Shown here piece by piece: positions 1 through 9,200 of a stretch of DNA of 64,000 bases. Below the pieces are notes generated by a model. It searched no databases and had not been told where the DNA came from. It saw only the letters and a list, made by a program, of their open reading frames with translations. The stretch comes from Armatimonadota bacterium (GTDB lineage Bacteria > Armatimonadota > UBA5829 > DSUL01). The position numbers were made by a program, and so were the translations under genes. The stretch spans positions 139,814-203,813 of the forward strand of contig JBPOJE010000011.1 of the NCBI GenBank assembly GCA_052033935.1, read 5' to 3'. Every line of letters starts with the position of its first letter. Position 1 is the stretch's first letter.

Positions 1-1923
1 CGCTCGCGCTGGCGCCGATCGCGTACTGGTACCCAGTGACGCCCGATTGAGGGTCGGTCGAAGACCAACTTGCGTGAAGCGATGTGGTGGACGCCTGATA
101 GCCGCCGTCGTCCACAACCACGGGGGTTGCGGGGGGCGATGTGTCCACCATGATACCGTCGCTCACGCCCACGCTGCTCCAAAGTCCCGCGTTGTTCAGG
201 CTCTTGACGTACACATAGTACGACTGCCCGTCCTTCAGTGAAAGTCCTGTCCGCGTGACCGAGCCGGCCGTGCCTGTCGAAGTCCAGCCGGCAAGATAGC
301 CGGACCCGGGGTCGGAGGCGCTTGTTCCGATCGCGTAGCGGTACTCCGCTATGCCGCTCTCGCCATCTGACGAGGAAAACGTCGCGTGAATCTGCGTTCT
401 GGACGTCTGCCAGGCGCCGTCATCAGTGACAGAAGGAGTGGTGGGCGGCGTGGTGTCTGTTGTGAATGTGCGCGTGGCCGGCGTCGGGTCCACGTTGCCC
501 GCCGCGTCACGCGCGCGCACGCTGAACGTGTGCTGTCCGGATGATAGGCCGGTGTAAAGCGCTGAAGTGGCCGAACCGTATGCTGACCATGCCCCACTGT
601 CGAGTTGGGTGGCGTAAAGCAGCGAGGATGTAGCCGTGACGTCGTCGGAACCCGTGAAAGTGAAGGTGACGGACGACGTGGACAGAAGCGAGCCATTGGC
701 GGGGCCGCTGGTTATCTGCGTGTCGGGCGGGACGGTCTCCGGTGGCAGAGGCACAAACTTGCAGATGCTGCCGCTGTTTGTATTCGCGACATAGACGGCG
801 CCATACTGGTCCACTGCGATGCCCTCGGGCCTGAAGAGCTGGCCCGGCCCCGTTCCGGCCCCGCCAAACTCGGTGACGTATGCACCGTTTGTGGTGAACT
901 TCTGCACGCGGCCGGAATAGCTCTCCACCGTATAGACATAGCCGCCTGAAAATGCCACTCCTTCAACATACGTGAACTGACCCGGGCCGGTGCCGGAGGT
1001 GCCCCAGTGCAGCACGTAGTCACCGTTGAGGTTCAGTTTCTGAACCCGGTAATTGCGGACGTCCGCCACGTAAATGTAGGAGCCGTCGCAGGCAAGGCCT
1101 GCCGGGTTCCTGTAGAGCCCACCCGTGCCGCCGTAGTCACCCCAGGTCGCGAGTGTGGTGCCCGAAGCATCGACCCTGACCAACCTGTGGTTGTGGTGAT
1201 CGCTAACAACGACGCCACCTGAAGGATGAGGCGCAACACCCCAGAAACCAAAATCAGTATCGTGGACCAGGGTCCAGTTGTACCACTGTGTTATGAGTGT
1301 GCCTTGTGCGGAGAACTTCTGGATCGCAAAATCGTCCGTCACATAGACGTAGCCGCTGGCGTCCACTGCCACGCCGTATGGATAAGCGAAGAAGCAACCA
1401 AGGTAGGTGTCCCAAGCAGCCAGGAATCGGCCGGTCCTGTCGAACTTCTGGACGCGCTGACCCTCCGGATCGGTCACAAACACGTTACCCGAGCGATCAA
1501 CGGCGACCGAAAGGGGCACAACCATCTCGCCGTTGACCAGGCTACCCCCGAGGCTGTTGGCGGCGTCCGAGGTCTTCCACGACCGCTCAAGGATGTAGCC
1601 GCCGTTGCTGTCTGCCGGCACGACTTCAATGTTGGCGGTTGCCGTCAGTCCGCTGTAGCGTGCTGTCACGGCCTGTGGAAACGCGCCGACCGTGGTTCCG
1701 GCTGTGAACAGCCCCGATTGAGTGACGGTGCCCGCGCCAGCGGTTGCGGACCACGTTGCCTGTCCAACGGATACGGTCTCACCATCGGCGTTCAGCCCGA
1801 AGAGAGTCAGCCGCATCTGAAGCCCGGCCTGGAGACGCACAATGTCGGGAGTGATGTAGAGCTTCGCTAGCGCGGCGCAGCATCTGCACGAACAGGCGAA
1901 CAACAGCCCCACCAGTGCAAGCA
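1..1923 (-). CDS. Secreted NHL-repeat beta-propeller protein with Ig/Fn3-like repeats (C-terminus runs off window edge)
   Basis: Uninterrupted minus-strand frame from the window start up to an ATG (revcomp of cat ~1921-1923; in-frame GTG alternatives up to ~1977). Hydrophobic N-terminus MLALVGLLFACS. Repeated NHL-like blades (YVTDxx..RVQKF, YVADVRNYRVQKL, YTVESYSGRVQKF). Downstream Ig/Fn3-like repeats contain a GWTSTGT motif that also occurs in the 27832-31404 protein. Absent from the ORF track only because it is edge-truncated. Confidence 0.75.
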
Positions 1924-1991
1924 TCAGCAAGACAGTCCTACGAGAATCCTCGCGTATCACAGCCAACTCCTCGGTCACGGTTCTACAGCCT

Positions 1992-2765
1992 CTAGTAGCC
2001 GCTGTGGCTATAGACCCTGGGGTCAACGTAGTCCGTGACGCCCGGATGGAATGCGGCCTTTGCCGTGTCGTAGTTGAAGTACATCGGAGCGCCAGTACGC
2101 CGCGAAGCTTGACCCGATTGCTCATCCGTCTTCGAGGGGTATGCCTTTGGTCCGTTGCGAACTATCAGACGCTGGACGTGGCCATCAAGGCAGACTGCGT
2201 TGATGAGCGACTGCTCCCTGATGCCTCTGGCGCCTCCATAGTGCCAGGCCGAATGCTCGTAGAACACAATCTGCTCTGAAGGACAGCAAAACTGGGTAGC
2301 GCTACGGACACCAAGGGTTCGCCACGCCTGGTCTATGGCAGCAACCCACCAGTACGAGAGGGTTGTTTGCAGCACATCCGAAGGACAGTAGACACGGCTC
2401 TCCCACAGGGAGATGTAAGGCAGCAGGATCTGCCCCCAGCTCACAGGTTTCGTCCCCGTGGGCGGCGCACCCGTGAAAGTCGCCGTAAGGAATTTCGTGA
2501 TCTCCTGCTCAGTTGGCGCACTCCCGGTGGCACACACCACGGAACTCGGCAACGTGTCGTTGTTGTCGTCCAAGTACATCATTAGTGCTTGTGCCACCCC
2601 TTTCAGGTTGTTAGCGCACGACGACTCTCGTGCCCTCTCTTGGGCGCGATTGAACACCGGGTAAAGATACGCGGTCTCGGCGGCCACAATGAGGAACAGG
2701 CTGACAGCCTGTGCAATTGTGACGACGCCCCACCACCTTCTCAATAGCAATGCAAGTCGTTTCAC
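1992..2765 (-). CDS. DUF1559 (H-X9-DG) prepilin-like N-terminal domain protein
   Basis: N-terminal hydrophobic helix followed by PVFNRAQERARESSCANNLKGVAQALMMYLDDNND, the DUF1559 signature. C-terminal HYGGARGIREQSLINAVCLDGHV (H-X9-DG). Likely GTG start ~2765 with GGAGG 8 nt upstream. The track ORF extends further, to 2888, via an alternative start. Confidence 0.7.
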   Translation of the reverse strand: MKRLALLLRRWWGVVTIAQAVSLFLIVAAETAYLYPVFNRAQERARESSCANNLKGVAQALMMYLDDNNDTLPSSVVCATGSAPTEQEITKFLTATFTGAPPTGTKPVSWGQILLPYISLWESRVYCPSDVLQTTLSYWWVAAIDQAWRTLGVRSATQFCCPSEQIVFYEHSAWHYGGARGIREQSLINAVCLDGHVQRLIVRNGPKAYPSKTDEQSGQASRRTGAPMYFNYDTAKAAFHPGVTDYVDPRVYSHSGY

Positions 2766-3007
2766 AACTGATGCCTCCCAAAGGTCCCGGTCAACGGTGC
2801 AGCGCGGGAACGGTGTCAAGTATAGCACCACCCGCCCGCTGGGACAATGGGCGTGCCAATGGCTGTCGGGCCAAAGTAGAAATGTCACATGCCGTCCAAT
2901 GTAAGAATGTCACATTCGTGAGTCTCTTGAGTCTGGCATCCAGTGGCCTTCCCCTGTTTTTGTGGACACGCAAGCACTCGGCTAGCTTCGACCTCCAAGC
3001 CGCCCGC

Positions 3008-3478
3008 CTACTCCACCCTCTGTATATCCGCCTGGCTGCGCGGCCAGATCACTGGCAGGTAGAGCGTCTCGTAGATCATCTCGCCCGTGTAGCCGCTCTC
3101 GGTCGCTGTAACCATGGCCTTGTACTGCGTCCCGTACGCTCCCCGGATGTCCGCCCCGGCGTCCCATACGATGTGCTTGCCCGTGCCCGGGGCCACGTTC
3201 TGCCCGACGTCGCCGGTGAGGGCAGTGGGGATGATGCTCCAGGTCGCGCCGCCGTCGCTGGAGATCTTGACTTCCACGAGAAGCCGGGCGGAATCCGGGT
3301 CGGTGAGGTTGTAGGTGATGTCCACGAGCCGGGACTGCCCCGGCCGCTGCGCCGCGGTGATGTTGGTGACGGCCGGCGCCACAGCGCCAGCCACAGAGGC
3401 GGTCACGAAAGCCAGAACGATGGATCCGGCCATCGTCAGTCTCGCGGACCGGCACGCTGTCGTGGTTGCGATTGACAC
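3008..3478 (-). CDS. Small secreted hypothetical protein
   Basis: ORF 3008-3571 on the minus strand. Clear signal peptide (RSARLTMAGSIVLAFVTASVAGAVAPAVT). Start is either GTG ~3478 (GGGAGGG 3 nt upstream) or ATG 3433. No recognisable family. Confidence 0.5.
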   Translation of the reverse strand: MSIATTTACRSARLTMAGSIVLAFVTASVAGAVAPAVTNITAAQRPGQSRLVDITYNLTDPDSARLLVEVKISSDGGATWSIIPTALTGDVGQNVAPGTGKHIVWDAGADIRGAYGTQYKAMVTATESGYTGEMIYETLYLPVIWPRSQADIQRVE

Positions 3479-3635
3479 GTTCCCTCCCGTATGCACAGAG
3501 CACGCGACGCGCATTGAACGCACGCCGTCATACTCCATACAACAACACTTCGGCCGCCCGGTCAAGGGCATATGGCGCGAGCCTCTGCATGCGGCTGGGG
3601 TTCTCGCGCCGCATCTCGCTCACCGCGCCGCTCGC

Positions 3636-4425
3636 CTACTCCACCACCACAACATCCCCCGCCGCCCTTGGCCTCAGCGCCCGCACGACCTTGCCGCCGA
3701 TCTTCTGGGCGGAGCTGAGGCCGTGCAGGGTCACGAAGCTGCCCTTCGTGGGCGGCGCGATGCTGTTGCCGGAGGCAAGGCCGTTCAGAAGCACCCGCAC
3801 GCCCGTGGCGCCTGCGAGTCCGCTGCCGTCCGAAAGCCCGCTCCCGTCATCCAGATAGAAGAACTGTCCCCCGCCGTCAACGAAGCTGACTCTTCCCCAC
3901 GCCTGCACCAGAAGCCCGACGTTGTTCAGGCCGAAGGCTCCGTTGATGCCGGGGGTTTCTCCCGCGGGCCCGCCGCCGAGCACCTTCCCGGCCATCTTCC
4001 ACGCCACGGGCAGCGGCTGGGCGCTGAAGCGCCGGGTCAGCTTCTGCAGCCGGATGTAGCGCTCTCCCTGGCTGCTGGTCAGAAGCGTCCCCTGCACGTC
4101 CACCCAGTCGCCCTTGCTTGCCGACGCGCTCGGGAGGTAGGTGCGGTCCACGCGGATGCCGGCAAGCGCGCTGCCATCCTCGACATACAACGCTGTGCTG
4201 AAGTCCTCCGTGCCGCACGAACTCCGGATTGAGCGGCCCCGCGGACATCTGCCAGTTGTCGGACGCCGCCAGCGGCCCCGTCAGGCCGCCGAGGACATCC
4301 TCGACCACGAAGTTGTCGCTTGCGCGAAAGCCGCTGCCTGAGTTGATCTCGGCTGCAGCCGGACAGAATCCCGCAACCGCCAGGATCAGCACAGCGACTC
4401 CGGCTATCATTGACCTGTTTCTCAT
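3636..4425 (-). CDS. Secreted protein: signal peptide plus the conserved C-terminal two-part module (apparent +1/-1 frameshift near 4190)
   Basis: The N-terminal part reads in the frame of ORF 3877-4596 (MRNRSMIAGVAVLILAVAGFCPAAAE..., ATG 4425, AAGGAGG RBS 4 nt upstream). The C-terminal part reads in the frame of ORF 3636-4190 (YVEDGSALAGIRV...GLNNVGLLVQAWGRVSF...FYLDDGSGLSDGSG...VVVVE). The second frame has a stop ~4281 and no signal peptide, so the two halves only make one protein across a frameshift between ~4190 and ~4280. The C-terminal ~190 aa are homologous to the C-termini of the 27832-31404 and 39003-40466 proteins and to an internal segment of 42728-45730. Confidence 0.6.
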
Positions 4426-4598
4426 GTTTCCTCCTTCGTTTCTGCCAGCCTCGCAGAAGCGCCTGCGGACTGAACTCGATATGGCTGCCGCGCCGCCCCG
4501 CGCGTTTCCCGGCTTCGGGAATTCGGGCTGGTGGTTATCGTTACCATGGTGCTCGTTGTCATTCCCGAAGCATAGAGAAACTCTTGATATTCCCATGC

Positions 4599-5411
4599 TT
4601 AGGTCTTAATGATGTAGTTCACAACCAGGAAAGGCGGGTTACTGGTGCCGGTATAGCCAACAACAGGGGAGTAATGACTGAAGCTACCACCAATCTCATT
4701 GCTGGCCCCGACGGCGACATATGTCGGATCCCCAAACCCTGCGCCCGTGTTGGGATCCATGGCGCCAACCACCACCAGGCCGATCGTCTTCGGACGGCCA
4801 TTGCAGGTACCAATCACAGCGCGCAAATCGCCGCCTTCTGCGCCGTAGCCCTTGTGGCTATGGTTGATGGCTCCGCCTGCTTCACCAAGGGTGGAAGCAG
4901 TGCCCGACACCGACTTTCCTATGGGAAACCGCTGCCGCAGATCTGGGAGCGCGAAGGTGTCTTGAGAAGCGCCGGCACCATACTTGGTCCCAATGACACT
5001 AAACAGAGCAGCATAGGCTGTCCGTGAAACGTCGGTTCCATCACAGAGCAGCCAGCCGTCCGGCGCGGCATCTCCAGCGTAGGCCATTATGGAACCAGGT
5101 GGGCTGAGGGCCTGGGCAAGCTCGGGGGGCAACGACGACGCGACAGTCGCGCTCGCCGCCTTCTCCGCTACCATCGCGTACGGCACGCTGCCGAGGAGCA
5201 CGTGAAACGCGCTGCCCTTCACCTGAAGCGCATCGTATGTCTCCGTCCAGATGGCCGTTCCGCCCGTCGGAACCTCGTAGATGCTGAACGCGATCTTGTA
5301 CGCCCCGTCCGGCACGGCTGCGCCGCTCCCTTGTCCTGGTAGTTGATGAGCGGCGGGACGGCGTCCGCAAGCACAGGCATAGCGCCGGCAAGGGGTGCAC
5401 GTCTTGATCAT
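4599..5411 (-). CDS. Phage tail collar domain protein (MdpB-like)
   Basis: C-terminal region GWLLCDGTDVSRTAYAALFSVIGTKYGAGASQDTFALPDLRQRFPIG...NPPFLVVNYIIKT matches the phage tail collar domain family. N-terminal AVPDGAYKIAFSIYEVPTGGTAIWTETYDALQVKGSAFHVLLG is typical of these proteins. ATG at 5411 (MIKT...); the track ORF extends to 5888 through an unconvincing Pro/Arg-rich leader. Confidence 0.8.
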   Translation of the reverse strand: MIKTCTPCRRYACACGRRPAAHQLPGQGSGAAVPDGAYKIAFSIYEVPTGGTAIWTETYDALQVKGSAFHVLLGSVPYAMVAEKAASATVASSLPPELAQALSPPGSIMAYAGDAAPDGWLLCDGTDVSRTAYAALFSVIGTKYGAGASQDTFALPDLRQRFPIGKSVSGTASTLGEAGGAINHSHKGYGAEGGDLRAVIGTCNGRPKTIGLVVVGAMDPNTGAGFGDPTYVAVGASNEIGGSFSHYSPVVGYTGTSNPPFLVVNYIIKT

Positions 5412-5492
5412 GGCGAACGGTTGTACGGCATGATTTCTGGCAGTGTTTGTTGAAGTTTCCTTTTGGCGATAGCCGAAGGGAGATTCAACAGG

Positions 5493-6012
5493 ATGTGCGA
5501 CAGCCGGAAGCGGCAGATCGAGGAGTTGACCGCGGAGAAGGCGGACCACCCGGTGGTGTGCGTGAGCTGGGACGACGCGCAAGCCTACTGCGAGTGGGCG
5601 GGGCTTCGCCTTCCAACGGAGCTGGAATGGGAGAAAGGGGCGCGGGGCGTGGACGGGCGTGAGTATCCCTGGGGCGGCGACTGGGAGGACGGCCGCCGGT
5701 GCCGTTGGAGCGGGAACAAGGGGAATGAGGAGACCTGCGGAGTTTGGGGCTACCCTGAGGGGTGCAGCCCATGGGGCCTGTACCAGATGAGCGGGAACGT
5801 GCGGGAGTGGTGCGCGGACTTGTGGGAGGAAGGCGCGTATGAACGTTACAAGCGGGGCGACCTGTCGGCGCCAGCGAGTGGCAGCCATCGGGTGTTGCGT
5901 GGTGTTGCGTGGTGGCTCGTGGGACCGCGTCTTCAGCTTCCACTTTCGATGCGCCTACCGGGGCTACGGCGGCAGCTACTACGACGGGTTTCGTTGCGCC
6001 AGGACTCTGTAA
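5493..6012 (+). pseudogene. FGE-sulfatase (SUMF1/EgtB-type) domain remnant: N-terminally truncated and frameshifted by a 10-bp tandem duplication
   Basis: [44 protein letters not shown]...GNVREWCAD is the C-terminal half of an FGE-sulfatase domain. A stop lies upstream at ~5451, so the N-terminal half is missing. At 5891-5910 the 10-mer ggtgttgcgt is perfectly duplicated in tandem. Removing one copy restores ...[37 protein letters not shown] (stop ~6010), the canonical FGE C-terminus. Confidence 0.7.
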
Positions 6013-6047
6013 CGGCTTGCGGCTTTACGGCTTTACCCCTTACAACT

Positions 6048-6070
6048 CCCCTCTCCTGGCAGGAGAGGGG
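6048..6070 (+). terminator. GC-rich perfect hairpin downstream of the FGE remnant
   Basis: cccctctcct-ggc-aggagagggg palindrome. No U-tract, so a factor-independent terminator role is uncertain. Confidence 0.3.
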
Positions 6071-6135
6071 GCGACCGGGACCGTCAGATTCCGATCTGCG
6101 CCGAGTCTCACGGGCAACACCGGTTTCTCCTCCGG

Positions 6136-7703
6136 TCACCCAACCTGGAGCCGGGCAACAACCCGCGCGGGATATTGAAGATCAGTTGCCCGCAGTTCAA
6201 CCACATGCCAGGGACGAGAGCCAGTGCGAAGCCTCTCGCGGATGAACAGATCACGACGCAGATTGCTACCGGCATGGAAGCTGGCGCCGTCCACGTACAC
6301 CGCGACACGCCGGCCCGGTATTGCGAAGTCGGCCACGCTGATCGGCAGCCCCGCATCATCTGGCGCCACAGGCACCTGCTTCTCGACCTTGATGCCCTGC
6401 TGCTCGAACAGCCTGAGGAACTTCAACTCCAGCGGCGACCCGACTCCCGCAGCGTAGGCTTCGAGCCAAGGGCGCGGATCGTGCACATCTCCGGTCTCGC
6501 GCGGCCCGGGTTCGGGAGCGGTCTCTGCCAGCGACTCCAGTTCGCCAGTCGTACCAGGCCAGCGAAGGTATTCGTGGTACCGCTCGATTTCAGACAGCGA
6601 TAGCAGGCGGTCTCGCAATCGGGATGCGCCAGGTGCTCCAGCGCCTGCCGCGCAACCAGGTGCAGCGACTGTGCCACCCGGTGCAGGTAACCGCTTCCGC
6701 CAACGCTCGGATCTATGAACGCCAGTGATGCCACGCGGAACTGCCCCCCGCCCCCAGCGGTCATCATCCATGCTCCCTCAAACAGGAAGTCAATGTCGCT
6801 GTCACTCAGAACGAACTGGCGCACAATGCCAAGCCTGAGGGCGTAACCTAGCGAATGCCCCCAGGTCTGCAGTGCGCCGTGGTCAATCTCCGACGGCACG
6901 CAGGCCAGCAGGCGCAGAATCTCGGCTTCGCGTGCGGCTATGAGCGCGATCGGCTGTGGTGACTGCCCCCGGTTGGCGCAGGCGCCATCGTGCCCGAACG
7001 GATCCCGATCCTCGCCGATCCGGCGGGCATTCCGGCGCCGACCTCCATCCGTCGCATTGCCCGCCGCAGACAGTGTCCGCCAGCAGGATGTACAGATGAA
7101 GAAGCCCCGCACAGTGTTGTGCAACACAGGCGGCGCTTCCGGCCCTTCCGGGGTTGTTGGCGGAGGACCTTCATTCACCCAATGCACGTTCTCACGGACG
7201 GACAACCGCAGAGCCCACCCGGGCGGAGTCGTCCATCTTGCGGACACTTCGCCGTTCCACTGCGGGTGCACGGTAACCCAGCTTCGGGCCGCAAACCGTT
7301 CCTCTTCGTCAATAACCGGGCTTTCGTTTCGTGTGGCCACAAACCCGCCGTATTCCATACCCGGGAAGCAGTCGCCCGGCTCATCCGCGCCACACCGGGG
7401 ACACCGTGGCTCCGTAGCTGCGTACCGCAGATCGCACTGCGAACAGATTCGGTAGCGCCAGCTTGGTTCGCCTGAACGTGGATTCCAGGGAGACGACGAA
7501 TCCACGCCGGCAACCTTCCAGCGACGGGTGCGGGCATACACGGCAGCGTCCGGCTGGAACTGGCTGATGCCGTGCGTTTTCCTGCCTCGCGCCGCATTGG
7601 CGGAAAGCCCAGGGGCGGTTCGCCATTCCCCGCCGATCTGTAAAGGTCCCAGAGGTCGCGCGAATGAGGGACACACGTCCCCGGACAGCAACTGGCAGAA
7701 CAT
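6136..7703 (-). CDS. DUF1998 (Zn-ribbon, MrfA/DrmB-like) domain protein fused to a C-terminal DUF559 (Vsr-like endonuclease) domain, with an apparent frameshift near 6585
   Basis: ORF 6423-7739 carries CxxC...CxxC ([10 protein letters not shown]...RCPRCG), [23 protein letters not shown] and CETACYRCL, which are DUF1998 hallmarks. The overlapping ORF 6136-6771, in another frame, continues ...[14 protein letters not shown]... into [83 protein letters not shown], a DUF559 motif pattern. The two frames overlap at 6585-6620, so a single protein requires a 1-nt indel there. Start ATG 7703 is tentative. Confidence 0.55.
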
Positions 7704-7865
7704 CTGCCAGTCGATCGCCGATCTCCGGCGACAATGCACTCACCTTGTAATCGGCAGATACAATGGATTAACCTTGTTGCGCGCGGGGGCCTGCTGACCG
7801 GCCTCGCGGCGCGAAGCCTGCTCCAGTAGCGCCGGGGCGCCCGGCATAACCCAAGGAGACCGACA

Positions 7866-9116
7866 ATGCGACTGATTGAATGCATGCTGATACTTGTGCT
7901 GGCGATATGCGGCACGGCGGGAGCCGCCGCCAACAAGGCCTACCCCACCGCGCTGAATGTGATGGATTTCGGCGCGAAGGGGGACGGCAAGACCGACGAC
8001 ACCGCCGCCATTCAGAAAGCGATTGACGCCGCGAGCGCCGTGGGAGGAACGCAAGTGACCCTGCCGCGCGGAAACTTCCTGATCAAAGGGCATCTGGAAG
8101 TAAAGGATCATGTCGTCCTGAAGGGCGTGTTCGAGGCGCCGACAGCGCGCACGCAGATGCTGGGGACGACGCTGCTGGCCGTGGACAGCAAGGGCGGCCT
8201 GGAAGGCGAGCCGTTCATCACCCTGCACGCGAATGGCACGCTGAAAGGACTCACCGTCTTCTACCCGGAGCAGTCCGCCGAGAAGCCCAAGCCCTATCCC
8301 TGGACCATTCGCGGCACCGGCGACAACTGCTCGGTGCTGGACGTGCTGCTGGTGAACCCGTGGGCGGGCGTGGACTTCGGCACCTTTCCCGCCGGGCGGC
8401 ATCTCATCCGGGGCCTCTACGCGCAACCGCTGCACATCGGAGTGTTCGTGGACAAGTGCTTCGACGTCGGGCGCATCGAGGACGTGCATCTGTGGCCGTT
8501 CTGGGACTCCTCGGACGCGATGCAGGCATACCTGAAAGCGAACGCGACGGCGTTTATCATCGGCCGCACCGACTGGGAGTACATGAACAACTGCTTCTGC
8601 ATCTGGTACAAAGTCGGCTTCCACTTCAAAGCATTCGCGGATGGCCCGGGCAACGCGGTTCTGACGCAGTGCGGATCGGACATCGGCCCGACGGCGGTGC
8701 TGGTGGAGGCGGTGCAGGGACACGCGGGGGTGTCGTTCTCGAACGGGCAGTTTATGGCGGGAATCGAGGTGAAGCCATCGAACAGCGGCCCGGTCAAGTT
8801 CACGGGCTGCGGGTTCTGGGGCGTGGAGGGCGTGACCGGACCGCACGCCGTGCTCGAGGGATCGGGGCAGCACAGCTTCAGTAACTGCCACTTCACCGGA
8901 TGGGACCAGAAAGGCTCCGGCGTGCCCTGCATCCGCGCCACTAACGGCGGGCTGAGCCTGCAGGGATGCGACTTCATGGACGAGGGGAAGTCTCAGATCG
9001 AGCTGGGCAAGGACGTGAAGGCGGCGATGATTGTTGGCAACCGGCTGCGCGGCGGCGAAAAGATCAAGAACAGCTCGGCGGGCGACGTACAGATGGGGTT
9101 GAACGCGAAGCAGTAG
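7866..9116 (+). CDS. Secreted pectate-lyase-superfamily (right-handed beta-helix) glycoside hydrolase
   Basis: Signal peptide MRLIECMLILVLAICGTAGAAA. NVMDFGAKGDGKTDDTAAIQKAIDAA is the Pectate_lyase_3 / GH28-GH55-like N-terminal signature. AAGGAG RBS 7 nt upstream of ATG 7866. Confidence 0.85.
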   Translation: MRLIECMLILVLAICGTAGAAANKAYPTALNVMDFGAKGDGKTDDTAAIQKAIDAASAVGGTQVTLPRGNFLIKGHLEVKDHVVLKGVFEAPTARTQMLGTTLLAVDSKGGLEGEPFITLHANGTLKGLTVFYPEQSAEKPKPYPWTIRGTGDNCSVLDVLLVNPWAGVDFGTFPAGRHLIRGLYAQPLHIGVFVDKCFDVGRIEDVHLWPFWDSSDAMQAYLKANATAFIIGRTDWEYMNNCFCIWYKVGFHFKAFADGPGNAVLTQCGSDIGPTAVLVEAVQGHAGVSFSNGQFMAGIEVKPSNSGPVKFTGCGFWGVEGVTGPHAVLEGSGQHSFSNCHFTGWDQKGSGVPCIRATNGGLSLQGCDFMDEGKSQIELGKDVKAAMIVGNRLRGGEKIKNSSAGDVQMGLNAKQ

Positions 9117-9200
9117 CAGCAGCCGGGGGCGGGACGAATGTCCCGGAAAAGGCCAGGGCCGGGAGCCATCTCCCGGCCCATCGGTAACGACGTTACGGCG

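Noticed and set aside
4410-5027. Plus-strand ORF (205 aa) overlapping the tail collar gene
   Set aside because: Antisense to a gene with a strong family match, and no domain-like sequence.
7740-8891. Long minus-strand ORF (383 aa) antisense to the pectate-lyase-fold gene; similar long antisense ORFs at 14855-16177 and 16641-18314
   Set aside because: Arg/Gly/Pro/His-rich low-complexity translations typical of antisense frames in GC-rich DNA, and each overlaps a gene with a clear family match.
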